Positions 11,792-25,111 of a stretch of 64,000 bases of DNA are shown piece after piece (position 1 is the stretch's first letter; every line of letters begins with the position of its first letter). The position numbers and the translations under genes are program-made. The notes under the pieces are model-generated. The model was given only the letters and a program-made list of their open reading frames with translations, did not search any database and was not told the origin of the DNA. The stretch spans positions 1,956,627-2,020,626 of the forward strand of contig MU004230.1 in the NCBI GenBank assembly GCA_010405405.1, in the 5' to 3' direction. This DNA is from Microthyrium microscopicum. Its lineage: Eukaryota.

Positions 11792-13616
11792 TATGCTGTA
11801 GATGTAGTTTCGGGAGTTTGAGAATCTTTATGCTTGCTGATTGTTAGTATGATTAGTACACAAACTTTGAAAAGAAAGGAAAGAGGTGAGACTTGTATTT
11901 ATGGGACTTCACACATGAAGTTATGACTTATACCAGGACCCGACTCAACACCAATACCTCTAAGTGCAACTGATCGAGACACCACTGGCCCGAATCTGGA
12001 GCGGTCCGTCGATGGGTAGGGATACTGGAGGCCTTGAAATGGCTAAAATGAGCTAACCATGCGAGGTTGTTGTTCTACAATTGTACCATTAATCCACTGA
12101 GGCTAGCACTCAGTTTTTACAGATTGTTTTGTTTGCATGAACTGTGAACCTCACTGAGAGACTGGTCACTCAAAATTGGATTCTATACCGTGATAGCTTG
12201 GATTTTCATATATTTTAATCGCAGGTAGAGCAGACTTCAATCATACACCCATCACTGATAATCAAACTGGCGCAATTGGTCTACCATAGTGAACATCCTC
12301 ATTTGCTGCAGACTAAATTTGTATGACAAACTGGCCCAGACAGAGCCACTCTACCCGGAGGTTGAAGCAGTTTGAGACAAGTTGCTAACCAGTTGGCTTG
12401 GTGGCTGCGGAGGGAAGACATCCACATGTTGGTCTCTTGTTCCAGGCCGATAGTTACGCCAATTTCGAATTGGGTTTGTCCTACTGAAGGCCACTGACCA
12501 TAGCGGCACCGTTTTCTTCGACACTGGACCTTCATAACCATTAGTACCATATTTTGCATATTGAATATTTGGTGGACCTACATTTCCCTTGTGCGTCTAC
12601 GGTCCTTTCGTGATTTGGACAGTAGTACTTGGCGTTGAATATCCAGAAAGAAGACCAACTTTGCTGATGTTTATGATGCTTGTGATAGGAATTGACTGAT
12701 TCGAGCCTGATGCGCCAGGTGAGACGATTAACAACATAGGCTAACAAGAATGTTATCAATGCCGCGCCAAGTAAAGAACTGAATATCGGAACCCATAGCT
12801 CAACTTCATGATGCTGTTGGCCAGTGGAAATTCCTTCTGGTAGTTCCCCTTGACTGCTATTTGCTCCTTGGGACTGTTGTACATTTGCTGGGCTAATTCA
12901 GATATCTATTCAGAACATGATCGCTACTGTGTACGTACCTGGAACGTATTGCTGGGCTCCGAAGGGAACAGGAATGACTGCGACTTATATTAGACTTTTC
13001 TTAGCAGCGTAAAGCTGTTCCAAGGGTCGAGAATTTACCACTGGGTAGATTTGTCGCAGGCTGGATGACAAACAAACGATTGCTATTCATGAGATATGTA
13101 CCAGATATCGTCGCCGTGATAGTTGCTATGGAGTAAGTCGCCATGTTTGAGGCTGTAGCTCTAGGGCACCCCGATCAGATGCGACTGAGCTTGTCACGTC
13201 TCATATGTGCTTTACGAGGTTGAGGAGGACTGCCTGCTTTCCGAGGAAGTAGAGCAACCAGTTTTACCTTCGTGTTTAACTTACACCGATTCCAGCAGGC
13301 TGTCGTGCAAAGTTATTTTGGATGATTGATAAGGTTTAGTGCCAAGGCAGAATCGAATGGGGAGGCAGTAAGGGTGAGGAAGCAACAGATTCGATTAATT
13401 GGTTGGCAATGAAGCGGCGCTCTTGGCTGGCTGAACGGTGAGGCATCTTCAAGAGATAGTACAGCGAGCCCACATGCAGGAGAATAAGCAAAATTGGGCA
13501 TACCTACAAGCCTCACTGCCTCAGCCTGATGCTCATACTGAGTGCAGACGTGAACTATAACTCCCGTACCTAGGTCCCAGAAGAATTCCGTTTTGTTCTA
13601 TCACATAATCTGAAGC

Positions 13617-14633
13617 ATGATGTCAGCCACTTTAGTTCTTGCTTTACTATTTCCACCTTCGACAGCCTTCTCTATCAACGCCGGTGACTTCTGGACTGTG
13701 ATTCAAGATACCAGTGCCTATCAGAGTCTGGATAGCTGCTCCCGGGACTGCATTCTAAAGGAAAACAACAACCTTACCAGCCAGAATACGCCGTGCATAT
13801 CATACGGTTGTGTCTGTACTGGTACAACAGATGGCCTGAATTACTTGCAGGCTCTTGCCGATGTCAAAGAGTGTGCTATCAATGCAAAATGTGCTGATCC
13901 GAACCTGGCCACCACAGGACTTGCGGATGTTTGCGCTGTATATGCTGCGGGTATTGCACAACCAGTAGTACCAACAGGTTTGGACCCTGGGATTGCTTGA
14001 TAGTCCTTTGTACTGAACGTTATCAGGCCCCAATTTTCTTCAGATAACTGGTCCAGGATATGATGGCCTGACAAACTGTGGTAAATGGTGTCTGAACGGC
14101 TGTCGTGATGCTAGTGGAATTCAAAATGAACAAAACTGTGGGACCACCTTCTTCCCACCATACTGGGGAGATTACAGAGGGCTTGCAGATAGCCAAAACT
14201 GCGCAACAGTAGACTGCCTTTGCGGCAACGCCAAATTTGACTCGGTTGTGACAAAGCTCATTGAATCCAGTCAAGAGTTTTGCGGCATGCCGATTTCGAC
14301 TATACAAGCGCCGTATCCACCATACGATAACATGCAAAACGTTCTTGTCAACTTCTGCTTGAGAGCGGGTTATCCACATCACAACTTTTCATCAGTGATT
14401 GTAGGCGCAGCTCCAACTGGAAACTCAAGTATCTCAAACTCTACAAACAGCAGCAGTAACACCAAGAGTAAGTTGATAACACAACAAAGTATAGATGTCA
14501 TTGCTCAAGATACCTAGGTTGGTCTTCACCAGAAAAAGCGTCGATCATAGTCTCCGCCCTTGCTTGCGTCTTTGCTTTTGGGTCCTTTGCTATAGAGCTA
14601 CTAAAGTTCAAGGGCGCACGAGGAGACACCTGA
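13617..14633 (+). CDS. Secreted/cell-surface protein with two Cys-rich CFEM-like modules, Ser/Thr/Asn stalk and C-terminal hydrophobic anchor, 3 exons
   Basis: Signal peptide MMSATLVLALLFPPSTA. Introns about 13978-14026 and 14468-14517 join two modules (YQSLDSCSRDC...CISYGCVC...C and YDGLTNCGKWC...CATVDCLC...FC). Last exon WSSPEKASIIVSALACVFAFGSFAIELLKFKGARGDT*. Confidence 0.75.
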
Positions 14634-14922
14634 GGACATCTAAGCCTGTTGTAGGCGGCTTAATTCGGGATCATGGAGAAAATCAGGCTTGGGCAAAGCA
14701 ACTGGGTTCTGTATTTCGTATACTTGTCAGTTGAGTAGCAAGAAGTTAATGAAGTCTTTTGTTCTATGGGATCCTTCCACGATAGACCTCAACAGTCCTT
14801 GGTCAAGAGCTCAATCTGACACCAGTACAATTCCCGGTCATGTACAAGTTTTAAAATGGCCTCAACGATCAAGGACTATACAATTGTATGCCAGTAAGGT
14901 ATTGTGAACAGCACTCAAGTCG

Positions 14923-16176
14923 CTAAGCGATTGATCGCAAGCTTTGAGCCCTGTTGGCAAAGATTTGGAGCCTAAGATACAAAGAGCTTTGCCCTAGCTC
15001 TTTTGACACCTCATGCAAAGGATCATCGGTGAGTTGCTGGATAATTGAAGCTTTGTTGAGTTCCCAATTGGTGGTGCCGTAACCTAGGGATCTTGCGATG
15101 GCGCCACCATTTGGGTAAGTTTCGTTTACGGCTTCATGATTTATGAACAGGTTGATCAAGGTTCGGTGATCTGGTCCAGGTAAGAGCTTTTGGTAAGCTT
15201 CAGTCAAGATAGGCCACGTCAGGCCACGATGCGTACTGGTACGATGTGACATCCAGTCTTGCAAGCTTTTGGCGATATAATTGCATTCCGCCAGTGGGCA
15301 GGTAAAATACCCAGGACTCGTTGGACTTTTGAAGTAGAAGGCGCCTATTGCATCGTGGACAAGCTTTAGCTTCGCGTAGCCCTCCAACGGATACAAAGAA
15401 TGGTTGAAATGCATGATTTTGGAACACTGTCCCACAATTCCATTTGCTATTTTGCTTGGCATTAAGATCTTGTTCGGAAGCCAATTCTCCCGAATCACTT
15501 CCCATCGAATCTCAGTGGAGTCCTGGGACTGATGTGGCTTCCAAAGAGTGATAGGCTCCACATCAAGTTGGCTTCCTGGAGAGATGGCAAAATATATGTC
15601 TATACCATCAGGTTGTGAGTTCAAAGCCTCGTTAAAGCATTGTAGCTTATCTGTAGACATATGTTCTGGCTCTTGAGCACGAAAGACAAGACGTTTGACG
15701 CGGGGGAAATGGTGCCGGAAAGTTGTCCACCACCAATTATTGCTCTCTGAATGTTGGTGGCTTTCGAATTTCGCGTAGAGCCAAAGAGGGTTGTCGCATA
15801 TGCAAACCTGATATTCGACTTGCTCGACACGCGTTGCAAAGTCAGGGCAATGATGCGATTCCCCCTGATATGCTTGATGACCTATGAACCATCTACCATC
15901 GAATTCATACCACGGTTCGGGGTGTGCCCAAAAGTAACTTTGGCATTCATACCTAGTCTGAGAAGTGGTATGCATTAGAGCCCACAGGGAGGAAGGGTCG
16001 CATTGCTCATATATAAGGTGCCGTATTTCGGGTGGAAGTTGAAGGAAGAAGTAGGGAACAGGCCCAGTAGCAGGATATCCCGTAGGAGAGACGAGGAAGT
16101 AGAAAGGAGTGAGGTGGTGGCCCCAACGATCGTAGAAGCGAAGCGTGTGCTGTTTAGTAAGACGATTCGCTGTCAT
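14923..16176 (-). CDS. F-box-like domain protein with a C2H2-like motif, 417 aa, intronless
   Basis: FFLQLPPEIRHLIYEQCDPSSLWALMHTT is an F-box-like motif. CPLAECNYIAKSLQDWMSHRTSTH resembles a C2H2 finger. Confidence 0.7.
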   Translation of the reverse strand: MTANRLTKQHTLRFYDRWGHHLTPFYFLVSPTGYPATGPVPYFFLQLPPEIRHLIYEQCDPSSLWALMHTTSQTRYECQSYFWAHPEPWYEFDGRWFIGHQAYQGESHHCPDFATRVEQVEYQVCICDNPLWLYAKFESHQHSESNNWWWTTFRHHFPRVKRLVFRAQEPEHMSTDKLQCFNEALNSQPDGIDIYFAISPGSQLDVEPITLWKPHQSQDSTEIRWEVIRENWLPNKILMPSKIANGIVGQCSKIMHFNHSLYPLEGYAKLKLVHDAIGAFYFKSPTSPGYFTCPLAECNYIAKSLQDWMSHRTSTHRGLTWPILTEAYQKLLPGPDHRTLINLFINHEAVNETYPNGGAIARSLGYGTTNWELNKASIIQQLTDDPLHEVSKELGQSSLYLRLQIFANRAQSLRSIA

Positions 16177-16583
16177 TTTGGTTGAAGGCGAGAATGCAAA
16201 AAGTTATAGAGCGATCGAAGAGGGCCTGAGCGGGTATGACAAGCTAGGCAAAAGCAGTTCAATCCTAAATGAAGCACGGCTTTGACTGGCAACTGATTAG
16301 CAGGGACAACTGGAAGACTTGAGATGCGGCGCAGGTCACTAAATTCTGAAGCGGCGAGGGAGACCGAGGCACAGTAACATAGCTTTTATTTGAGGGCGCT
16401 GGGCGATTGATGGAGTGAAGTTGGAGCCGGTCCACTGATTGGTCAGGGCTTGTGGGCTTGACAACAGTGAAGTTCATCATCAAGTTCAGACTACTTGACT
16501 ACCTACTGGAAAGCTTCATCAAACCTAATCTTTCTTCAACAACACCATCGAAACCATTCCCACTTCACTAAATCCCAGCAAAA

Positions 16584-16934
16584 ATGGCCTCTCAGCCTCT
16601 CCATCTCAAGATGTGTTCTCTCTACCGTCAAATTCTCCGCGAACTCCCAGCACGACCAACGAACCGCCTCCTCTCCAAGCCTACGCCCATCCATACACGC
16701 ATACGCAACAGCTTCGCGTCAGCACCCGCATCTCAACGTCCAGATTCGCAAGAGAAGCATATTCAACAGAGGATAGAAGAAGGCGAACAGCTTGTTGCCT
16801 ACCTGAAAGCTCAGCGAGTCTACACCACACTGTTGGAACGATATAATCCAGGCATGGGCATGGATGAGGCTGAACGAGTCCGATTATCAGCGAGGAGGGT
16901 TGGAATGAATTTGCCGGTGGAGTTTAAAGATTGA
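16584..16934 (+). CDS. FMC1: Mitochondrial ATP synthase assembly factor Fmc1 (LYR family)
   Basis: SLYRQILRELP LYR motif. C-terminal YLKAQRVYTTLLERYNPGMGMDEAERVRLSARRVGMNLP. Confidence 0.85.
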   Translation: MASQPLHLKMCSLYRQILRELPARPTNRLLSKPTPIHTRIRNSFASAPASQRPDSQEKHIQQRIEEGEQLVAYLKAQRVYTTLLERYNPGMGMDEAERVRLSARRVGMNLPVEFKD

Positions 16935-17537
16935 ATGAATGGCAAAGCAAAATCAGCTCGCCCTGCAATGGGCTAATGGAGGACGCAATCATCATAAAAC
17001 TTTCCAACGTCGCTCTATTGAAACTGGAGCTATAGGCTAACATCCAACCTTTGAATGATATTTCAAATTCTGGAAGTCAATCAAAATTATGCTCTCTTCC
17101 TCCATAAGACCATATCAACCAGATTGACTATGGCGCGGCAGGGGTCCTCCAATTCGATGTACCTCGAAGACTGGTCAATTCGAAGAATGGATATCCAAAC
17201 AGACCGTCGTGTCCGAACAGCTCCGGCTGTGCCTTGACAAGTTTAGTTCAAGCTCAAATGGCCTCGACCAGTACGGCTAGCAAGAAGCCAAGGATAGTTT
17301 AGAGCAATTTACTATTAGATATAGAACTCGATGTATCATCAATTAAGAACAGAAGAAACAGGTTGTCAAGAAATTTGCCACGACAATGACAATAAATTGG
17401 CCCTCTACAGCCATTTAGAAATTTCGAATAAAACTTACTCCGCGCTCTCCAAAAGGTAGAAACAAGCGAAAGTCGGGTATCATATACTGCAACAACAACC
17501 CCCAAAAACCTCAAATGTATAAATCGCCAATGCTAAA

Positions 17538-20500
17538 TCACTCCCTTAAACTCTCATCCCACCCGCCCGTCTCTCTTAGCGACCACTCAACCCGCTCCAA
17601 GCACGCACTCAACGAGCTGCCCAGCGCCTCCTTCCACTGACTCTCCACCTCATTCACGCGGTCCTTGAGCTGTCTCGACAGCTGCTCCTCTTCATACACC
17701 GCCATCTCCTTCATCTCCGCATCCAACTCCTCATCATCGCGCTCTCGATCTTCTTCCACGCAGCGCTCCGCCCGTACCACCGTCAATGAGGCGCGCATGA
17801 CTGAGAGGCTGACTTCATTGTGTAAACACCAGAGTCCTACTTGATTCTCAATGAATTGGTACGTCGCTTTCTCAGCATGCCCGAGTAGCGAGAAGAGATA
17901 TTGCAGCGGCCAATTACTATAGCTTGGATTTTCCTGAATCTCTGCATGTGGTACGCTGACACGCAATCCGGCAAGTATCGAGCTATCGCCGGGAATTTTC
18001 TTGACGAGTTCGAGAAGACCGGGACAGATATCCCAGAACGCGCTGAGTTGATCCTGCACTCCGCGGTTTACGTGCGCTTCGACGACACTTTGCAGTGTTT
18101 CCACACGACTTCGCGCCGCACGCTCAAACTCTGCCCAGCGAGACCGCGCGTCCGAGGCGAAGAAGCGTTGGGCGTTGGCTATTTCGGCGCTGTCGGTGAG
18201 TTCGGCGGCAATGAGATCGCGATATTTGTCACAGCGCTCTGCGTCGAGGATGAAGAGTTCGCGGTGGAGGACTTCGCGGGACTCGACGAGCCATTTGAGG
18301 AGTTTGAGCTTTTCGAGGAGTTCGGGGCGTTCATCGCCTTCTTCCATGGGTGCGTCTGGGCTGGCTTCTGTTGCGCCGGTGGTGAGACTGTCTCGTAGAC
18401 TGTTGATTGCTTCGGTTGCTTTGGCGATGCGTGTGGTGAGGAGGGCGGTTAGAGGGGCGATGACTTTGGGTTTGAAGTCTTCGAATTCTTTGCGTAAGGC
18501 GGCGTGTTTGGAGGCTGCTTCGGAGGCGTGGAAGCGGTCTTCGGCGGCGGCGGCATCGGTGTAGGAGAGTGTGCCTTGGCGAATTTGCTCGGCGATGGAG
18601 TGTCGCATTTGAGCGACGCGGGCGGCATCTTCTTGGGCTTGTACGGCGCGTTGGTGGCTGATTTTGTTGGTGTAGGATGTCTTTTTCTCGGAGATCTCGT
18701 TGAGATCGTTAAGCATACGGCGTGTGGCGCGGTAGTCGGAGAGATCTGGATGCGCGTTGCTGAGAGCTGGGTAGTGGCGAGGGTAAGGAGGAGGGAGAGT
18801 GACGAGACGGGAGACATCCAGGCCATACGTCGCAGACGGAGTATTTGGAATAGAATATGGTGGTGCGGACAGTGGTTCATGTTGAGAAGAGTCGTGCCAT
18901 CCAACCTTTTCAGGAGGATATTCGCCAGTCGATGGTCCTGCTCGACCCGTTCCAGGGGTACTGGCCATTGCTGGTGAAGGCTCGTTCTCATATTGCAGAT
19001 TGTATCTTGCTTCTCGATGGAGACCCATATACTTTGACTCGCGCTTCGTTCGCTCAACCTGTCGGCCGTTTCCAACTGATCCTTGCTCGGACTCCCACCA
19101 ACGACTTGAGCTACGGCCGCGAGGCTCATCACCATCAAGAACTGTGCTCATTGCCATGCTTAGAATAGGAGATAGAACAGGCTTATAGTTGCGTGCTTGG
19201 CTGTCTCGAGCGTCAGCACTTTTTATACTCGACGGTGATGCGGAATCAGTTCGGGGAGTAAAATTTGCACCGCCAGACATTGGGCTGGTATTTTGTGTTT
19301 CAAAAGACCCCTGTCTTGATAGTTGCTCAGGCCGTGGTTGTGGAGTTGAGGTTCCTCCGGTTCGTACTACAGAGTTTGTGGAAGTGGTGGAATGCATTGA
19401 TGCTGCTGTGGTCGGAGTTGGAACAGGTAATTGAGTTGGACGCCACAAATCTCTGGTCAAATCCAGAATATCACCAGCCATTCCAGAAAAGGCAGTGGAA
19501 TACCGATCGCGACGGAGCCGTGATTCCATGACAATGTACTCAGCAAAGAGCTCCAACCGTTCTCGGTCAGATCTTGCGACACGTTCCTTTTCTATGAAAG
19601 TTTGATGGCGTTCTACAGATTCTCTGGTGAAAGTATCGGCTTCTGGATCTCCAGATGGCTCGTTCCAGGCCAACGCTCGTCTCTTCCCAGCAGCGCTACT
19701 TTGCCTAATCTGAGGGCTTGGATTTGTCGATGCTATGCTTCGATCAGTAGGTGGAGGAGTGGGTAATGATTTAGGCGGGATCGAGTGAACTGATGCTGCA
19801 CTTTGAGGCTGCGTAGTTGAGTTTGGAGGAGACAAGATTGCAGTGTCCCTCCTATTCCCAACAGTAGATCTGTTCATTGGTGGTGCCTCTTTTGGCGACA
19901 TGGACGCTCTTGATTTCTTGACAGCTCCTTGCCTGTTCAAATTTGAAGTGGCCAGATTCAAAGTGAGATCTGCCAACTGATTTTCCAGTGGATTTCCAAC
20001 GATTTCACCATCTGGGCTGAGTATCCGATCTCTTGCAGCTCGACTCTCACTTCGACGTTCCCGCAGACCTTTCACTGTGCTATCTCGGCGTTCGTGGCTT
20101 CGGAAACTGTGTCCAGACTCATCCCGTCTCGATATTCTCTCATCTGAGCTTGACTCACTTGGAGTATCGTCATATTCTGACTGTGAGCTAGTACTTGTAT
20201 TTGGTGATGGTATCCGTGGCATCGGCGGAGCTATATCATTGGTCTCAGTCCAGCCCGCAGGCGTAGGTGGCACTGGTCCCAAATTGGAGATGTTGGTTCG
20301 TACTCGGCCAGGTCTTCGAGTTGGCATAGACAGGATAGGTACTAAATCGTTACCCAGTTGGATAGATCCGTTCCTATGATGTGTTTCTCCATGAGCTGTC
20401 CTTGGACCTGGTGGTGGAGGACCCGGTGGAGGTGGTGGTAGTCCTTGCTCATAACTTGGAGGCTGGTCTGATGGCATGATTTGATGACCAGCTGAGCCAG

Positions 20501-21695
20501 CAGACGCTGATCTCCTGGCACTTGGTGGTTCAATGACAGGTTGCGTTGGCTGAACGTATACAGACATACGATTAGCAGCTCCATTCACGCGGCTAGAAAC
20601 AGTCAGTCTTGTTCTATAATGATCACTTGTAAAGCTTACCCTGGTGCTGGTCGAGGCCGCGCAATAGCCACTGGTGGTGGCTCCGGTGTATGTGATGGAG
20701 TGGATCGATCCTGTGAAATACCTCTCGCCAAAGCCGATAATCCAAATCTTGACCGCGATCTTGAAGTCGATCTATCTCTTCCTCCAGCCTGAGGAGGAGG
20801 CGGAAAGTTCATTGGTTGACTTCCTACTGAACTTACTGGAGTCAACATGCTTCCCGGGCTCATCACATTGCGTAACATGCTCGACGCGGGAGAGATCATG
20901 GTACTAGCACTCATTGGAGGTGGAGAAGTCATGCTGCCGAGAGATGATGGTGGAGTTGGTACTGATGTTTGGAGATATGGCAGACGCGGTCGAAACGACT
21001 GACTGGAAGACGCCGGTGGTGTATTCGAAGCTCCTTGTCCATGAGCTGGAGTATAAGGGGGAGGAGGGCTTGGAACTAGAATAGTTTAGTCACTGTCTCT
21101 TTCTAGCAATTGCAAAGTTTGGGAGATATGATTTGATATAGGACATGGAGCACATATTTCACAGTGATCGGCGAGCTCTTGACCGTATAAAATGTCGATC
21201 TGATTGTAGTATAAAAGAAAATAGAAACTTACGCCCATCTTCAGGGTTTGCCTGTCTCGTATTCGTGAGAGCAGAGTGAGGAATGAAAGCACCCGCACCA
21301 GTTTGTCCCCGACTACCCCATTGCTGAGGATTATACTCAACCACCATTGACGGACCGGCTCTCATAGCCATTCTAGGCGAATGAGTCTGAGGAGACAGAG
21401 TTCCAGGCGGCGACCGGGGTGAATTGATAGCAGAGGATACACCCCCAGACAGCGGTGGTGGGCTCACAGGATTGGCAGCAATCTGGGCAGAAAGTTGACT
21501 AGAGGAGGACAGTTCGCGATGGGCATATGGGTGATATCTAGGCGGAGGAGGAGCAGAAGCGGCACCCTGAGCAAAGGACAGCACCGATGGACTGGCAGTT
21601 GGGGAATTAAAGTTGGATGGACGACCTGGTTGGCCAGCTAGGGGAGGAGGAGGTGGTGGAAGAAAGGAAGGGGAGAGCTGTGCGTGTGAATTCAT
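17538..21695 (-). CDS. Large (about 1300 aa) uncharacterised protein, Pro/Ser-rich N-terminal half and helical C-terminal half, 3 exons
   Basis: A 1016-aa ORF joins two upstream Pro-rich exons via GT-AG introns (about 21076-21232 and 20593-20639). Contains conserved-looking blocks LELFAEYIVMESRLRRDRY and LDVSRLVTLPPPYPRHYPALSNAHP. Confidence 0.75.
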
Positions 21696-23099
21696 GGTGA
21701 TCTCGAAAACCAGCGGGTTCACGAGTTGCTGGGAGTGGGTTCACACAGTCTGGCGGCCAACAAGACTTGGTGATTGGACAGACACTGGGCCGCCATGGAG
21801 CTGGTTAGAGATCCAGAGGCGGATTAAAGTGTGATGGGCGCTGTGAGAGTGGGCTAAAGAGCAAGACAGGGTGCGGAAGGGCCCTTTTTTGAGGTTGCTG
21901 GGCGCGGTATCTGGTTCGTGGATTGAAGGATTTGGGATCAGTCTGGCAGTGGCAGGAATCCAAAGACAGGTTGTTGGAGCGCCATCTTTGGGCGTGTGGA
22001 GGAACGAGTGTGCGACTTGAGGAGGCGTGCGCAGGACAAGCTCCCAGTGGTCTGGTCTGTACATGATGCTATTCTTGCTGGCCAATTGCGAAGCAGCTAC
22101 GACTTGAGATGCTTGCTCTGTGTCGATAATCCTGGTGGATTTTGGTGTTGAGGACCTGATCATGGCGTTTCCTGCCCGCAAAGGGTCTAGTTTTCAAAGC
22201 CTGCATCCATGAGGGCGCTTAAATGAGGGTTAATTTGGTCTATCGTCTTCCCTGTTGTTATCTGTTTTCTCCTCGTTGCTTGCATAAAGCCGGTCAATTA
22301 GGCCCGCTATCAACTCCATTTTGCTCCCATTTTGATCCATTTCGGTCCTTTTTGGATCCTTCGTGCAGATGATAGCAAATCGTGTGGCTTTATCTTGCTT
22401 CCAGATTTCTCCCTCTTTTATGCAAATTTGCGGCCAAATGCTTTCCTTTCAGACCCATCAAACGGCCTTTGGATAGAATACCCGAAATGCGATCGCCAAC
22501 ACTTCCCCTCGTGACTTCAACTCGGCTCTTTTCTCTCCTTTTCCTTCGTATCGGTCTTGCCAGCGGCCAAACTGTCAAGGCTAAATGCTTGTCTTGGATC
22601 CGCTCCCCAGAAACGGCTACTCCCGTGCTGACCACTTTGGATTCGAAATATCGTCGTGATCGACACCCGTTGCTTCTATTCCTGGTTCTTCAACATGAAC
22701 TACACTTTTTGCAGGTCTCGTGAAGCATAATCTTGTGTATTCTCATCCGTCAAACATCCATGAGCCGGGTAACCGGTTTCTGGCCCCCAGCTGTGAACCT
22801 TCCATCTGCATCACGTCTCGAGCTACATTGTACCATATCGCGATGGCCCATGAGCTCGTCTATGCATGGCAGCCTGGGCAGACTCGAATAAGCTTCATGT
22901 GTTGCGTTGAACAAGGCTAGAAACATTGCAGCGGCGGCACTCGGCAATTGACATGCATATTTATTCTTGATATTGGACCGTTGCGAAAGGCCTGGTTGGC
23001 TCAGTCTCAAATGCAGACCGTATGTACTCTACACGACTGCCGCAATTTTTATGCCATGACTCCCCTTTCCAAAATCCTTCCTTCCTCCTATCCTGTCAC

Positions 23100-24318
23100 C
23101 TATGCAGCATGCTTTTTGTGGATATCGATAACCTTTTGCACCTCATCGTAGCTACCAAGGAAAATACCAGAGCGATCATGAATATGTTCAGGCACCACAT
23201 CAATCATGCGCCTCATGTTTGAATCAACCGCCTGACCACCAGCTATTGCATTCTGTTAGCCCCCATTCTGCAAACCAAAAGAGTAACTTACCATTCTCGA
23301 AAACCTGCGCCATGGGAGCACATTCGTACAGAATCCGCAATTTACCCTTTGGACTCTTCTTATCCGCCGGATACGCAAAGATGCCACCATACAGCAACGT
23401 ACGATACGCATCCGCCACCATACTTCCAATATATCTCGCACTATACGGCTTCCCACCATTCGCCTCCGGATCCTTCAAACTCTCCACCCACTTCTTAACC
23501 GGCTCCTCCCAATAGCAACTATTCCCCTCATTCACGCTATAAATCGCCCTACTTTTCGGGATCCGCATATTCGGATGCGTCAAAATAAACTCGCCCAACG
23601 CATTATCTAGCGTAAACCCATTAACATTCCCACCCTTCATCGTAATCACCAACATCGCCGAGGCACCATACATAGTGAATCCGCTCGCCACCAACTCCGT
23701 GCCAGGTTTCAACATGTCTTCCTTGGTGCCGGTGGCGGCGTCGGACAGTTTGTAGATGCCAAAGATTGTGCCGACGGACACGCCGGCGTCGAGGTTGGAG
23801 GAGCCGTCGATGGGATCGCAGACGACGGCGTAGCGTGCGTCGGGGTGGTCGAAGATTATGGCTTCTTCTTCTTCTTCGGAGACGAGGAGACGTACGCGGC
23901 CGGAGGAACGCATGGCGGCTATGAAGAGGTCGTTGCTGATTACGTCGAGTTTCTTTTGGTCGTCGCCGGTTTCGTTGACGGAGCCGGCGAGGCCGGTGAG
24001 CTATAAGGTGTGTTAGTATTTCGAGGGGTCTGAGAGGTTGGATGGTGGGTACGTACGTTGATGAGAGTGGCTCGGCGGATGTAGTATGCGATTTGCTTGA
24101 ATGCGAATTGCAGGGCGTGGCAGAGAAGACTTGATAGTGATCAGTATCGTGCTAGCGAAGCGTGTAGAGGCTGCTTACGTGAAATCTCCGGTGGCTTCCT
24201 TGTGTCGTGCTTGCTCTTCGGTAAGGAAGCGCGTTAATGTCACGATATCAGTGTTGATGTACTCTGATCCCGAAACACCACCTTCAGCCATATGACCATT
24301 GGAAGTTGCCGTTGCCAT
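23100..24318 (-). CDS. FBP1: Fructose-1,6-bisphosphatase, multi-exon
   Basis: INTDIVTLTRFLTEEQ, GDDQKKLDV, VCDPIDGSSNLDAGVSVGTIFGI, SARYIGSMVADAYRTLLYGG, GKLRILYECAPMA. Confidence 0.97.
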
Positions 24319-25111
24319 GATTGCAGATATTGTTTTAGTCAATGGATCTCTTGTGTATATGGTTTGTAGACAATTGAACGTAGCAGTCAAGGGATGAGTT
24401 GAGATGGTTGTGGTGAAAGGCAGAGTTTGGTAGAAAGAAGGTCAATTATCCAGCCGCACAGTGCACAGTTATCATGTCTTGTCCCGATCACGTCCGGTAT
24501 CCTTTATTTCGTGCCCGGAGATGCGGATCTCAGGTACCAGGCTTGCCCTTGGAAGCTATACGCCTCGGCAAATGAAAGGCTGGCGGGAGAGCAAGGCTGA
24601 GGATCAAAGAAAACGTCACTGAGCAATTGTATCGTCCTAAAACATGCAATAGCTGATCTACTGCTTCTTATGCGGCCGGTCGACTTCAGTTTACACGGTC
24701 ACGATGTCAATTTGCACACCGATATTTGCTCACGCTGAGAACAGAGATGTGCTCAATGCTTCATAAGTGGAGGCACATGACGGTAGCTACAAGAGTTGGC
24801 GGGGCGTCAATGCCCGATGGCAACCGACGCTGGAGGGGCATTGGTCGGGATATTTCGGACGGATATATATTGTGCCACTGTAAAGATGATAGTTATGACG
24901 ACCGATTGTAGTCATTGTTTACATTTGTTATTTGGGAGGTCTAAATATGCAAGCTTTCTTTGTCACGATGCGTGACACAAAGCTAAAGAGGAACGCCGAG
25001 TAGATGCAAAAAGTATCGCCATTAAATTTCGCCCTCCAAATTCCAGGCATAACCAGAAGTCAAGCCGCCCGCTAATGCAGTAAAATAACAGCCCATCTGC
25101 AAGAATGGCTC

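Noticed and set aside
12299..13000. Possible spliced minus-strand gene with one hydrophobic segment (LWVPIFSSLLGAALITFLLAYVV)
   Set aside because: I could not assemble a consistent start, exon chain and frame, so it is left uncalled.
17901..20379. Numerous 60-230 aa ORFs overlapping the large minus-strand gene (and similar ones over ISWI, STU2 and SerRS)
   Set aside because: These are antisense or alternate-frame shadows of codon-biased genes with no independent motifs.
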